From the NCBI GenBank assembly GCA_002269645.1, contig NIVC01001313.1, positions 1-64,000 of the forward strand: a DNA stretch of 64,000 bases, given 5' to 3'. Every line of letters begins with the position of its first letter. Positions within the stretch are counted from its first letter, which is position 1. Below the pieces are notes generated by a model. That model had not been told where the DNA came from. It saw nothing but the letters and a program-made list of their open reading frames with translations, and did not search any database. This document shows, one piece after another, positions 50,101 through 63,780 of this stretch. The translations under genes and the position numbers were made by a program. This DNA is from Macrostomum lignano (taxonomy: Eukaryota).

Positions 50101-50496
50101 TATGACATAATCAATTTCCCAGTCAGCCAGTATCAGTCTCAGTTCAAGTTAGCAATATTGGTTACGCAATTTAAATCAAGTCGTGTGTGCATTTCTTCGA
50201 CACTGTTTTCAACTTGTTGTGATGCAATCCTTATCAGAATTGAAATTCAGTCAGTCAGGTTTTTCTCTAGCATTCTTACAATGCATTTCAAGTCGAAAAT
50301 TTTGCTTGACCTTTGCAAAAAAGCATGTTTTTCGAATATTTAATCCCTTTAACATTGAGCAATTTCTTAGCCAGGATGCATGTACCGTCCCAGGAAAATT
50401 TCTGATCAAATGGTGAAAGTTTGAAGAAAATCGGTTGAGCCATTTTTTCTGAAATCTATCGCATACCGACAGACAACTCATTTTTAGTATATAGGA
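47158..50496 (-). mobile_element. Non-autonomous Helitron family A, copy 1 (Lep1-like architecture)
   Basis: Minus strand: 5'-TCCTATATACTAAAAA with GTCT microsatellite; 3' C-run/ATC/G-run hairpin, then CGAAGATTG-CTAG|T. Internal 23-nt (GACATGGTGGCTCTTTAATGTTT) and 18-nt (AGCAAGCATCCCCCAGAT) minisatellites. Confidence 0.82.
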
Positions 50497-52175
50497 CTAG
50501 CAATCTTCGCCCCCCGATGGGGGGCGCAAAAATGACGCCAAGTGGTTTTTATTTTGGCCAATGAGTAATCACCTTACTTATTATTCAAAATCCATTAATC
50601 AAAACTTACTTTTTCTCATTTTTGGCAAAAATAAATTGCCATGAATCAAAACCTTCACCAGCCAAAGTTTCCTTCATCAGCCCAAAACCCTTTCTCATTC
50701 AGCAAATAGTACTTATCCTTTCAAGCACAAACTCTTAGGGCATATCGTCATTGGCCTGGGCATATTCTGGTCCGCAGCAGGAGCTCAATATGCCATAAGC
50801 CTTGATAACATCTCAATAATTTCCCCAGTAAGCCTTGACATCTCAGCAATTCCTCTCAGTAAGCCTTGACATCTCAGCAATTCCCCCCAGTAAGCCTTGA
50901 AATCTCAGTAACTCCCCAGTAAGTCTCGAATCTCAGTTATTCTTCCAGTAAGTCTTGAAGTCTAAGCAATTTCCCCAGTAAGCCTTGACATCTCAGCAAT
51001 TCATCCAAGAAAGCCTTGAAATCTCAGCAATTCCCCCAGTAAGCCTTGAAGTCTCAGTAATTCCCCAGTAAGTCTCGAATCTCAGTAATTCCTCCAGTAA
51101 GTCTTGACTTCTCACAATTCCCCCAGTAGGCCTTGACAACTCAGCAATTCCCCCAGTAAGCCTTCACATCTCAGCAATTCCCCCAGTAAGCCTTGACAAC
51201 TCAGCAATTCCCACAGTAAACCTTGAAATCTCAGAAATTCCCCAGTAAGCCTTGAAGTCTCAGCAATTCCCCAGTAGGCCTTGACAACTCACCAATTCCC
51301 CCAGTAGGCCTTGACAACTCAGCAATTCATCCAATAAAGCCTTGAAATCTCAGCAATTTCCTGAGTAAGCCTTGAAATCTCAGAAATTCCCCCAGTAAGC
51401 CTTGAAGTCTCAGAAATTTCCCCAGTAAGCCTCGACATCGCAGCAATTACCCCATTAAGCCTTGACATCTCAGAAATCCCCCAGTAAGCCTTGACATTGC
51501 AGCAATTAAACTCGAGCCTTGGCATCTACGCAATTCTCCCAGTCCAGTAAGCCTCGAGATTGCAGCAATTCCCCCAGTAAGCCTTGACAACTCAGCAATT
51601 CATCCAAGAAAGCCTTGAAATCTCAGCAATTTCCTGAGTAAGCCTTGAAATCTCAGAAATTCCCCCAGTAAGCCTTGACAACTCAGCAATTCCCCCAGTA
51701 AACCTTGAAATCTCAGAAATTCCCCCAGTAAGCCTTGAAGTCTCAGTAATTCCCCCAGTAAACCTTGAAATCTCAGAAATTCCCCCAGTAAGCCTTGAAG
51801 TCTCAGCAATTCTCCCAGTAGGCCTTGACAACTCAGCAATTCCCCCAGTAAACCTTGAAATCTCAGAAATTCCCCCAGTAAGCCTTGAAGTCTCAGCAAT
51901 TCTCCCAGTAAGCCTTGACAACTCAGCAATTCCCCCAGTAAACCTTGAAATCTCAGAAATTCCCCTAGTAAGCCTTGACAACTCAGCAATTCCTCCCAGT
52001 TAGCCTTTGGCTGGTGAAGGTTTTGATTCATGGCAATTTATTTTTGCCAAAAATGAGAAAAAGTAAGTTTTGATTAATGGATTTTGAATAATAAGTAAGG
52101 TTATTACTCATTGGCCAAAATAAAAACCACTTGGCGTCATTCTTGCGTCCCCCAACGGGGGGCTTAAATTGCTAG
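50497..52175. mobile_element. Element with about 170-bp inverted termini, both being Helitron 3' ends, around an about 30-nt minisatellite
   Basis: CTAGCAATCTTCGCCCCCCGATGGGGG at 50497 and CCCCCAACGGGGGGCTTAAATTGCTAG ending at 52175. Inverted match runs over about 50497-50667 versus about 52006-52175. Internal CCCCAGTAAGCCTTGA.ATCTCAGCAATT array at about 50810-51990. Confidence 0.8.
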
Positions 52176-52592
52176 TAGTTGCTTTTAATCAAAAAATGTT
52201 CGATTAGTCCAGGCACAAGCTAAAAATAAATGAAAATTAATTTAATATATTTTTATCTCCCACGTGCATACTCTGAAGCTTGCGAATAATTTAATTATTT
52301 ATAGCTCGTAGCATCAGCTCAAGAAGTTAAAGTTTAGTCTATGGCCATAGACGTATTATTATTTTTCGAGCTCTCACTGCGAGAAAAATACACTAATTAG
52401 ATAGGGAAAATACAGTTTTTTGAATATTTAAGACCTTTAGAATTGAAGCAGATAAAAGAAATGTTAACCATACAATCCTTGGTTGAGTTGCAACTTTTTG
52501 GTGAAAACGCAATCAAAATTGGTCAAGAATTGCAGTCTGTAGAGCGTTTTACACGGACAGACAGACATAGATTAGAGATTTAGTATATAAGA
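52176..52592 (-). mobile_element. Helitron 5' fragment (related family)
   Basis: Minus strand begins TCTTATATACTAAA followed by (GTCT)n. Confidence 0.6.
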
Positions 52593-55500
52593 CGATGGGG
52601 GACATCTGGATAGAATCTCTGTTTTCTACAAGTAACAAAAAGACAGCCAAAAATCCTTCAAAAAGACAACAGACAAACTGCTCAAATGAAGTGCATTGCA
52701 AAAAGAAATCATCCCAAGACTGCAAGCATCCCCCAGATAGCAAGCATCCCCTAGATAGCAAGCATCCCCTAGATAGCAAGCATCCCCCAGATAGCAAGCA
52801 TCCCCTAGATAGCAAGCATCCCCCAGATAGCAAGCATCCCCCAGATAGCAAGCATCCCCCAGATTGCAAGCATCCCCCAGATAGCAAGCATCCCCAAGAT
52901 AGCAAGCATCCCTCAGATAGCAAGCATCCCCCAGATAGCAAGCATCCCCCAGATAGCAAGCATCCCCCAGATAGCAAGCATCCCCCAGATAGCAAGCATC
53001 CCCCAGATAGCAAGCATCCCCCAGATAGCAAGCATCCCCCAGATAGCAAGCATCGTCCAGATAGCAAGCATCCCCCAGATAGCAAGCATCCCCCAGATAG
53101 CAAGCATCCCCCAGATAGCAAGCATCCCCCAGATAGCAAGCATCCCCCAGATAGCAAGCATCCCCCAGATAGCAAGCATCCCCCAGATAGCAAGCATCCC
53201 CAAGATAGCAAGCATCCCCAAGATAGCAAGCATCCCCCAGATAGCAAGCATCCCCCAGATAGCAAGCATCCCCCAGATAGCAAGCATCCCCCAGATAGCA
53301 AGCATCCCCAGATAGCAAGCATCCCCCAGATAGCAAGCATCCCCCAGATAGCAAGCATCCCCCAGATAGCAAGCATCCCCCAGATAGCAAGCATCCCCCA
53401 GATAGCAAGCATCCCCAAGATAGATAGCATCCCCAAATAGCAAGCATCCACCAGACAATAAGTAGCTAGTGCGACAATTTCCTTAGCATTATAGCGGCTC
53501 CTTTAAAATTCGCTTATTTTTACGTTTGAAATTGTGTATCTTTTATGTTTAACAGGGTGGCTCTTTTATGTTCTACGCTCGTACATGTTAACTCTTTTAT
53601 GTTTGATACGGTGGCTTTTCAATGTCTGACATAGTGGCTCTTCTATGTTTGACATGGGGGCTCTTCTATGTTTGACATGGGGGCTCTTCTATGTTTGACA
53701 TGGGGCTCTTCTATGTTTGACAAAGTGGCTTTTTAATGTTTAACATGGTGGCTCTTTAATGTTCGAAATGGTGGCTCTTTAATGTTCAAAAAGGTGGCTC
53801 TTTTATGTTTGACATGGTGGCTCTTTAATGTTTGACATGGTGGCTCTTTAATGTTAGACAAAGTAGCTCTTTAATGTTTGACATGATGGCTCTTTAATGA
53901 TAGACATGGTGGCTCTTTAATTTTTGACATGGTGGCTCTTTAATGTTGGACATGGTGGCTCTTTAATGTTAGACATGGTGGCTCTTTAATGTTCGACATA
54001 AAGTCACTTATATGTTTGACATGATGGCTCTTTTATGTTTAACATGGTGGCTCTTTAATGTTTGACATGGTAGCTCTTTTATGTTCGACATGGTGGCTCT
54101 TTAATGTTCGACATGGTGGCTCTTTTATGTTCGACATGGTGTCGCTTTAATGTTTGACATGGAGTTACGTATATGTTTTACATGGTGGCTCTTAAATGTT
54201 TGACATGGTGGCTCTTCAATGTTTGACATGGTGTCTCTTTAACGTTTGACATGGAGTCATGTATATGTTTGACATGGTGGCTCTTTAATGTTAGACATGG
54301 TGGCTCTTTTATGTTTTGCATGGTGGCTCTTTAATGTTAGACATGGTGGCTCTTTTATGTTTTGCATGGTGGCTCTTTTATGTTCGACATGGTGTCTCTT
54401 CAATGCTTGACATGGAGTCACGTATATGTTTGACATGGAGTCATGTATATGTTTGACCTGGTGGCTCTTTAATGTTTTATATGGTGGCACTTTCATGTTT
54501 GACCTGGTGGCTCTTTAATGTTTGACATGGTGGCTTTTTAATATTTGACATGGTGGCACTTTCATGTTTGACCTGGTGGGTCTTTAATGTTTGACATGGT
54601 ACCTCTTTTATGTTCGACATGGTGGCTCTTTAATGTTTTACATGGTGGCTCTTTAATGTTTGACATGGTGACTCTTTTATGTTCTACATGGTGGCTCTTT
54701 TATGTTCGACATGGTGGCTCTTTAATGTTCTTAATGGTGTCTGTTTTATGTTTGACATGGCGGCTCTTTAATGTTTGACATGGTGGCTTTTTAATGTTTG
54801 ACATGGTGGCTTTTTAATGTTCGACATGGTGGCTCTTTTAGGTTTGAAATGGTGGCTCTTAAATGTTTGACATTGTGGCTCTTTAATGTTCGACATGGTG
54901 GCTCTTTAATGTTTGACATGGTAACTCTTTTATGTTTGATATGGTGGCTCTTTTATGTTCGACATGGTGGCTCTTTAATGTTCGACATGGTGGCTCTTTT
55001 AGGTTTGAAATGGTGGCTCTTTAATGTTTGACATTGTGGCTCTTTAATGTTTGAAATGGTGGCTCTTTAATGTTTGACATTGTGGCTCTTTAATGTTTGA
55101 AATGGTGGCTCTTTAATGTTTAGAATTTTGTGTTTTTAAGGTGTTTTAATAAAAAAAACATTTTTCACTACTAAGATTCGAACCAAGGTCGCTACATTAG
55201 CATTCCAGTTTGTTTGCATCCGGCTATCTCTTTTCAATCGGAGAACTTGAATTGTGGCCCTTATAATAAATTCTTATAGCAAGTCGGTTAGAGTAAAAAG
55301 TTATGACATAATCAATTTCTCAGTCAGCCAGTATCAGTCTAAATTCAAGTTAGCAATATGGTTACGCAATTTCAATGAAGTCTTGTGTGCGTTTCTGTGG
55401 CACTGTTTTCAACTTGTTGTGATGCAATCTTTATCACAATCGTAATTCAGCCAGTCAGTTTTTTCTCTAGCATTCTTACAATGCATTTCAGGTCGAAAGA

Positions 55501-55704
55501 GCTGCTTGACCTTTGCAAAAAAGCATGTTTTTCGAATATTTAATCCCTTTAACATTGAGCAATTTCTTAGCCAAGATGCATGTACCGTCCCAGGAAAATT
55601 TCTGATCGAATGGTGCAAGTTTGAAGAAAATCGGTTGAGCCATTTTTTCTGAAATCTATCGCATAGCTAGTTAGTTACAGACATTTCATTTTTAGTATAT
55701 AGGA
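52593..55704 (-). mobile_element. Helitron family A, copy 2 (terminal CTAG missing)
   Basis: Colinear with 47158-50496; A|TC 5' junction at 55705/55704; 18-mer expanded to about 40 copies. Confidence 0.82.
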
Positions 55705-55758
55705 TGACGATATTAACAGTAACCAACTCCACGAGTAAATGATGTGACATCTTCCTTA

Positions 55759-58700
55759 TCCTAATACTAAAGTTGGTGCGATGATTGTTTGTTTGTTTGT
55801 CTGTTTGTTTGTGTGTTGCATAACTCCTCCTAGAATACTTGCAAGTCAGCGTTGAAACTTATATGGGTAAACTGCAAATTTTCCGGGGACTGCAGTGGGC
55901 TATTTCAATTTTTTATTTTCACATTTTAAGATCCCTAAAAAAGCAGAAAACTGCAATCTTGACCTTTGATAATCTTATTTGTCCCCTCTTTCTGCTCGGA
56001 GCTGATAAAATGCATCAATTTTGATTGCTTGCGCCATAACTTTCTCCTATCTCGCCAGTGCATTTCTCTCCAGTTGGGGGATGGGGCGTTCTAAGTGGCT
56101 GCGTGTGTACAATTGGACCCTAGCTCACTGGCGCACTGTATAGATGATTGCGCAATGATTTGGCTACTGTTAAGTTGTTATGCCTTTCAATATGAAGCCT
56201 GTGTATTGTAGGACAGTTAAATTCATTGCATAACCTGCGAGTCGCTTTAACAGGCGGTGAGCGTACACTCGATATTTCAATGCTTTAAATCGGAAAGTTG
56301 TAAACGCTAACTGCTCCTCGAGTTCTAAACTTTAAGAGAAGAGACTTATATTGCCGGAAAGAGCTTGCAACACTGAGTTTGGAGGTATAAGTTGTTTGCT
56401 TTAAATATGAAAACAAAAAGGACAGCATTCAAAAACTATTTCCGAACTTTTAACTTTCTGCAAAGATTGCACTTAGTTTCGCGAGACGTAATAGATAAAG
56501 TTATGGGAAGGGTTCAACTTCTTACTGCCACTGTGTATTGGAGGGTTGATTTAGATTGCGCAATCATTTTGTTAACTTTACCTGAGCCTGAACTGACTAA
56601 ATGAGAAATCGGTTGCGCAATAAATTGATTCAATTAATTCAATATTCTCATCGGCGCCTTTCAACCCGCAGCTCTGTGCAGCTCTAACCCTAACCGTAAC
56701 CACTGATGGCACTGAACCCTGAGAGTTGAGTTCTTTTTGACGGAGAAAATTTCGATTGAGTCCAGTTTTACGGAGAGGATTTCGATGGTTTTCAGTTTCA
56801 CGGAGAGGATTTCTGTTTCGCGGAGAGGAGTTTGATGGATTTGGAGATGTTTTGATGATGGGATTCGGGTCATGGGATTCAGCTAAGGGATTTCAGGGAA
56901 TGGAATTCCGGTGATGGGAGTTCTTCCCCTTTCTCCTCCATCGGAGGAGTTGGCCTCGTCCTAATACTAAAGTTGGTGCGATGATTGTTTGTTTGTTTGT
57001 CTGTTTGTTTGTGTGTTGCATAACTCCTCCTAGAATACTTGCAAGTCAGCGTTGAAACTTATATGGGGAAACTGCAAATTTTCCGGGGACTGCAGTGGGC
57101 TATTTCAATTTTTTATTTTCACATTTTAAGATCCCTAAAAAAGCAGAAAACTGATTTCCTAACCTTCTCTGGACACTTTTTCTGCTCGGAGCCGAAAATT
57201 TGCATGATTTTGAGCGATTGCGCCACAACTTTCTCCTATCTCTGTAGTGTATTTTCTCGCCAGTGGGGGTTGGTCGCGTTCTCAGTGGCAGCGTGTGTAC
57301 AAGCGGACCCCGGCTGAAAAATTGAACTGTGTGTATTTCGTGGGGTGGTGGGTAAGTAAGCGCAATTATATGGCTATTGTGCTTAGATTCAATTGGTTTT
57401 ATTATCAGCGCCTTTCAATTGACTGCCCTGTGCATTGGTTAGACAGTGAAATTCAATGAATAAACTTGCGGGCCTCTTTAGCAGGCAGTGAACGTATGAA
57501 CGTACACTCAATATTGCAATGCTATAAATCGGCAAATTTCAAACTCAGACTGTTGCTGGAGTTTTTAACTTTGAGAGGAGAGACTTATATTGCTGGAAAG
57601 AACTTGCAACGCTGAGTTCGGGGATATAAATTGTTTGCTTTAAATATGAAAACTAAATGCTCTGCATTGGAAAAACTATTTCCATACTTTTAACTTATTG
57701 CAAAGATTGTACTCATTTTAGGAGTTCAATGGTGTTCGACTGACCCCCCAACAGTTGGGGGGGGGGTTCAATTTCTAATTGCCACTGCGTATTGGAAGGG
57801 GGTCGGTCGCTGTGTATTGGATGGAGGGTTGATTTAGATTGCGCAATATTTTTGTTAACTTTAACTGAGACTGATACTGACTGACTGTGAAATCGGTTGC
57901 GCATTCAATTAATTCAATTGGTTCAACACGCTGCTGCGTTGTAGCTCTAACCCTAACCCTAACCCTAACCACTAAATCCTGAGAGTTGATTCTTTTTTAC
58001 GGAGAAAATTTCGATTCAGTCCAGTTTAATGGAGAGAATTTCTGTTTCGCGGAGACGATTTTGATGGATGTCAGTTTCACGGAGAGGATTTCCATGGAGT
58101 CCAGTTTCACGGAGAGGATTTCTGTTTCTCGGAGGGGATTTTGATGAATGTCAGTTTCACGGAGAGGATTTCCATGGAGTCCAGTTTCACGGAGAGGATT
58201 TCTGTTTCTCGGAGGGGATTTTGATGAATGTCAGTTTCACGGAGAGGATTTCCATGGAGTCCAGTTTCACGGAGAGGATTTCTATTTCTCGGAGGGGACT
58301 TTGATGAATGTCAGTTTCACGGAGAGGTGTTTGATGGAGTTCTCTTTTACGGAGAAGATTTCGATGATGTTCAGTTTCGCGGAGAGAAGTTTTATGATGG
58401 GGTTCAGGGAATGGCATTTCAGGGAATGGAGTTCCGGTGATGGGAATTCTTCCCCTTTCTCCTCCAGAGGAGGAGTTGGCCTCGTTTAATACTAAAACTG
58501 GTGCGTTGTTTGTCTGTGTGATACATATCTCCTCCTAGACGACTTGCAAGTCAGCGTCGAAACCTATATGGGAAAACTGCAAATTTTCCGAGGATGGCAG
58601 TGGGCTATTTCAATTTTTTATTTTTACATTTTAAGATCCCGAAAAAAGCAAAAAACTGCAATCTTGACCTTTGATAATCTTATTTGTCCCCTCTTTCTGC

Positions 58701-61700
58701 TTGGAGCTAAAAATTTGCATGAATTTTGAGCGATTGCGCCATAACTTTCTCCTATCTCTGCAGTGTATTTTCTCTCCAGTGGGGGTGCTCGCGTTCTCAG
58801 TGGCGGCGTGTGTACACTTGGACCTTGGCGCACGGGCTGACTGTATAGACAATTGCGCAACGATACGTGCTCTGATTTTCAATTAGGCAGCCCGGTGTAT
58901 TTTTTGCACACTGAAATTCAATGCATCAACATGCGAGCCTTTTTAGCAGGCAGGTGAACGTACACTCGATACTTCAATGCTTTAAATCGGGACATTTCAA
59001 ACGCTAACTGTTCCTCGAGTTCTAAACTTTAAAAGAATAGACTTATATTGCTGGAAAGATCTTGCAACACTGAGTTCGGGGATATAAGTTGTTTGTTTTA
59101 AATGTGAAAAGAAAAAACACAGCGATCGAAAACAACTTCCATACTTTTTACTTTCTGGAAAGATTGTACTCATTTTGGGGTTCAATGGGGTTCGACCAAC
59201 CCCCCAACAGTTGGTGGGAGGGGGGGCGGTTCAACTTTTAATTGCCACTGCGGAAGGGGGTCAGTCGCTGTGTATTGGAGGGTTGATTTAGATTGCGCAA
59301 TCATTTCGTGTGCACTTGAACCTTGGCGCACGGGCTGACTGTATAGACAATTGCAATTCACTGTTGCAGCCAGTGAACGTACACTCGATATTTCAATGCT
59401 TAAAATCAGAAAGTTTCAAACACTAACTGTTGCTCGAGTTTTGAACTTAGAGAGGAGAGACTTATATTGCTGGAAAGATCTTGCTGCGATGAGTTCGGGG
59501 ATATAAGTTTTTTGCTTTAAATATGAAAATTAAATTCACAGCATTCAAGAAAAGATTTTCATACTTTTAGCTTTCTTCAAAGATTTTGCTCATTTTGGAG
59601 TTCAATGGGGGTTCGACCGACCCCCAATAGTTGGTGAGGGGGGGGGTTCAATTTCTAGCTGCACTGCGTATTGGAAGGGGGTCGGTTGCTGTGTATTTAA
59701 GGGTTGATTTAGATTGCGCAATCTTTTTGTTAACTTTAACTGAGGCTGATACTGACTGCCTGAGAAATAAGTTGCGCAATTTAATTGGTTCAATGTTTTT
59801 ACGGCGTCTTTCAACACGCAGCTGTGTGTAGCTCTAACCCTAACCCTAACCTTAACCAATGAATTCTGAGAGCTGGGCTGTTTGACGTAGAAATTTCGAT
59901 TTAGTCCAGTTTCACGGAGAGGATTTCTACTAGCAATCTTCGCCCCCCGTTGGGGGCCATCTGTATAGAACCTCTGTTCTCTACAAGTAACAAAAAGATA
60001 GCCAAAACAAGCCTTCACAAAGAAAACAGACAAAATACTCAAAGGAAGTGCAATGCAAAAAGAAATCATCCCAAGACAACAAGCATCCCCCAGATAGCAA
60101 GCATCTTCCAGATTACAAGCAACCCCCAGATAGCAAGCATCCCCCAGATAGCAAGCATCCCCCAGATAGCAAGCATCCGCCAGATAGCAAGCATCCCCTA
60201 CATAGATAGCATCCCCAAATAGCAAGCATCCACCAGACAATAAGTAGCTAGTGCGACAATTTCCTTAGAATTATAGTGGCTCCTTTAAAATTCGCTTACT
60301 TTTATGTTTGAAATTGTGTAAATTTTATGTTTGACATGGTGGCTGTTTTAAGTTCTACATGGCAACTGTTTTATGTTTGAAACGATGGCTTTTTATTGTC
60401 AGACATGGTGGCTCTTTTATGTTTTACATGGTGGCTCTTTTATGTTTGACATGGTGCCTCTTTATTGTTTGACATGGTGGCTCTTTAATGTTTAACCTGG
60501 TGGCTCTTTTATGTTTGAAACAGTGGCTCTTTTATGTTTGACACAGTGGCTCTTTAATGTTCGATGGTGTTTATTAGAATATTTCGATGGTGTTCAGTTT
60601 CACGGAGAGGATTTCGATAGTGTTCAATTTCACGGAGACGATTTCTGTTGCGCGGAGAGGTGTTGGAAAATGGGATTCCGCTGATGGAGTTCAGGGAATG
60701 GAATTCCGCTGATTGGAGTTCTTCCCCTTTCTTCTCCGAAGGAGGAGTTTGCCTCGTCTCCTAATACTAAAGTTGGTGCGATGATTGTTTGTTTGTTTGT
60801 CTGTTTGTTTGTGTGTTGCATAACTCCTCCTAGAATACTTGCAAGTCAGCGTTGAAACTTATATGGGGAAACTGCAAATTTTCCGGGGACTGCAGTGGGC
60901 TATTTCAATTTTTTATTTTCACATTTTAAGATCCCTAAAAAAGCAGAAAACTGATTTTCTAACCTTCTCTGGACACTTTTTCTGCTCGGAGCCGAAAATT
61001 TGCATGATTTTGAGCGATTGCGCCACAACTTTCTCCTATCTCTGTAGTGTATTTTCTCGCCAGTGGGGGTTGGTCGCGTTCTCAGTGGCAGCGTGTGTAC
61101 AAGCGGACCCCGGCTGAAAAATTGAACTGTGTGTATTTCGTGGGGTGGTGGGTAAGTAAGCGCAATTATATGGCTATTGTGCTGAGATTCAATTGGTTTT
61201 ATTATCAGCGCCTTTCAATTGACTGCCCTGTGCATTGGTTAGACAGTGAAATTCAATGAATAAACTTGCGGGCCTCTTTAGCAGGCAGTGAACGTATGAA
61301 CGTACACTCAATATTGCAATGCTATAAATCGGCAAATTTCAAACTCAGACTGTTGCTGGAGTTTTTAACTTTGAGAGGAGAGACTTATATTGCTGGAAAG
61401 AACTTGCAACGCTGAGTTCGGGATATAAATTGTTTGCTTTAAATATGAAAACTAAATGCTCTGCATTGGAAAAACTATTTCCATACTTTTAACTTATTGC
61501 AAAGATTGTACTCATTTTAGGAGTTCAATGGTGTTCGACTGACCCCCCAACAGTTGGGGGGGGGTTCAATTTCTAATTGCCACTGCGTATTGGAAGGGGG
61601 TCGGTCGCTGTGTATTGGATGGAGGGTTGATTTAGATTGCGCAATATTTTTGTTAACTTTAACTGAGACTGATACTGACTGACTTAGAAATACGAGCGTA

Positions 61701-63780
61701 AATTGCGCAATCTTTTGATTCAATTATCTCATTTTTTATCGGACCTTTTCAACACGCAGCTCTGTGCAGCTCCAACCCTAACCCTAACCCTAACCACTGA
61801 ATCCTGAGAGTTTAGTTGTTTGACGGAGAAACTTTCGATTGAGTCCAGTTTCACGGAGAGGATTTCTGTTTCGCGGAGAGGATTTCGATCGTGTTCAGTT
61901 TCACAGAGAGGATTTTGATGGATTTGGAGAACAGTTAGATAATGGGATTCGGGTCTTGGGATTCAGCTGATGGAGTTCAGGGAATGGAATTCCGGTGATG
62001 GGAGTTCTTCCCCTTTCTCCTCCATCGGAGGAGTTGGCCTCGTCTCCTAATACTAAAGTTGGTGCGATGATTGTTTGTTTGTTTGTCTGTTTGTTTGTGT
62101 GTTGCATAACTCCTCCTAGAATACTTGCAAGTCAGCGTTGAAACTTATATGGGGAAACTGCAAATTTTCCGGGGACTGCAGTGGGCTATTTCAATTTTTT
62201 ATTTTCACATTTTAAGATCCCTAAAAAAGCAGAAAACTGATTTCCTAACCTTCTCTGGACACTTTTTCTGCTCGGAGCCGAAAATTTGCATGATTTTGAG
62301 CGATTGCGCCACAACTTTCTCCTATCTCTGTAGTGTATTTTCTCGCCAGTGGGGGTTGGTCGCGTTCTCAGTGGCAGCGTGTGTACAAGCGGACCCCGGC
62401 TGAAAAATTGAACTGTGTGTATTTCGTGGGGTGGTGGGTAAGTAAGCGCAATTATATGGCTATTGTGCTGAGATTCAATTGGTTTTATTATCAGCACCTT
62501 TCAATTGACTGCCCTGTGCATTGGTTAGACAGTGAAATTCAATGAATAAACTTGCGGGCCTCTTTAGCAGGCAGTGAACGTATGAACGTACACTCAATAT
62601 TGCAATGCTATAAATCGGCAAATTTCAAACTCAGACTGTTGCTGGATTTTTTAACTTTGAGAGGAGAGACTTATATTGCTGGAAAGAACTTGCAACGCTG
62701 AGTTCGGGGATATAAATTGTTTGCTTTAAATATGAAAACTAAAAGCGCGGGATTCAAAAAACGATTTCCATACTTTTAACTTCCTGCAAAGATTGTAGGA
62801 AGATTTTAGTTGAGGGGTTGAGTTAAATTTAATGATTCCCCGAAACGGGGGGTTGGGCTTGGGCTGAGTGTACATAGCTGTTTTAAAAAGATAGAACTGT
62901 GCCGAGATTCAATTGGTTTTATTATCGGCCCTGTGTATTAGCTGGGCAGTGAATTTCAATGAATAAACTTGCGAGCTTCTCTAGCAAGCAGTCGGGAAAT
63001 CGGTAAATTTCAAACGCTAACTGTTCCTCGAGTTTTAAACTTTGAGAGGAGAAACTTATATTGCTGGAAAGATCTTGCAACGCTGAGTTCGGGAATATAA
63101 GTTGTTTGCTTTAAATATGAAAAGAAAAAGCACCGCATTTAAAAAACTATTTCCATACTTTTAACTTTCTGCAAAAATTGTACTCAGTTTTGCGAGACGT
63201 AATAGATAAAGTTGGGGGAGGGTTCAACTTCTCACTGCTGCTGTGTATTGGAGGGTTGATTTAGATTGCGCAATGTTTTTGTTAACTTTAACTGAGACTG
63301 ATACTGACTGACTGTGAAATCGGTTGCGCAATGAATTGATTCAATTAGTTCAATATTTTTATCAGTGCCTTTTAACACGAAGCTGTGCGTATAGTTCTAA
63401 CCCTAACCCTAACCCTAACCCTAACCAATGAATCCGGAGAGTTGAGTTGTTTGACGGAAAAAATTCGATTGAGTCCAGTTTAGCGGAGACGATTTCAATG
63501 TTTTAATTTTGACGGAGAGAATTTCTGTTTCGTGGAGAGGATTTCGATGGTGTTCAGTTTCACGGAGAGGATTTCGATCACGTTCATCTTCACAGTGAGG
63601 ATTTCTGTTTCGCGGAGATAATTTATGATTGATTTCTGTTTTATCGAGACGATTTTGATGGATTTAAATTTCAATGAGAGGATTTCGAAGGAGTCCAGTT
63701 TCATGGAGAGGATTTCGATGGTTTTCATTTGAACGGACAGGATTTCTGCTTTGCGGAGAGGATTTTGATGGATTTGGCAT
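55759..63780 (+). mobile_element. Head-to-tail array of five Helitron-like family B units (starts 55759, 56959, 58485, about 60759, about 62045)
   Basis: Units start A|TCCTAATACTAAAG + (GTTT/GTCT)n and end with a CTCCTCC-ATC-GGAGGAG hairpin + TTGGC-CTCG. Each contains (CCCTAA)3-5 and TTCACGGAGAGGATTT repeats. Unit 3 is diverged and interrupted; unit 5 lacks its 3' end. Confidence 0.75.
59930..60563 (-). mobile_element. Helitron family A, copy 3 (3' fragment) nested in family B unit 3
   Basis: A|CTAGCAATCTTCGCCCCCCGTTGGGGG at 59930, followed by the 18-mer and 23-mer arrays. Confidence 0.8.

Noticed and set aside
52549-53458. DSKHPP / GDACYL repeat proteins
   Set aside because: 18-nt minisatellite inside a non-autonomous Helitron.
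55839-62545. Recurrent MQVSVETYMGK... and MYFLASGG... ORFs
   Set aside because: Short, variable in length between copies, non-ATG starts for the former, and within non-coding Helitron-like units.
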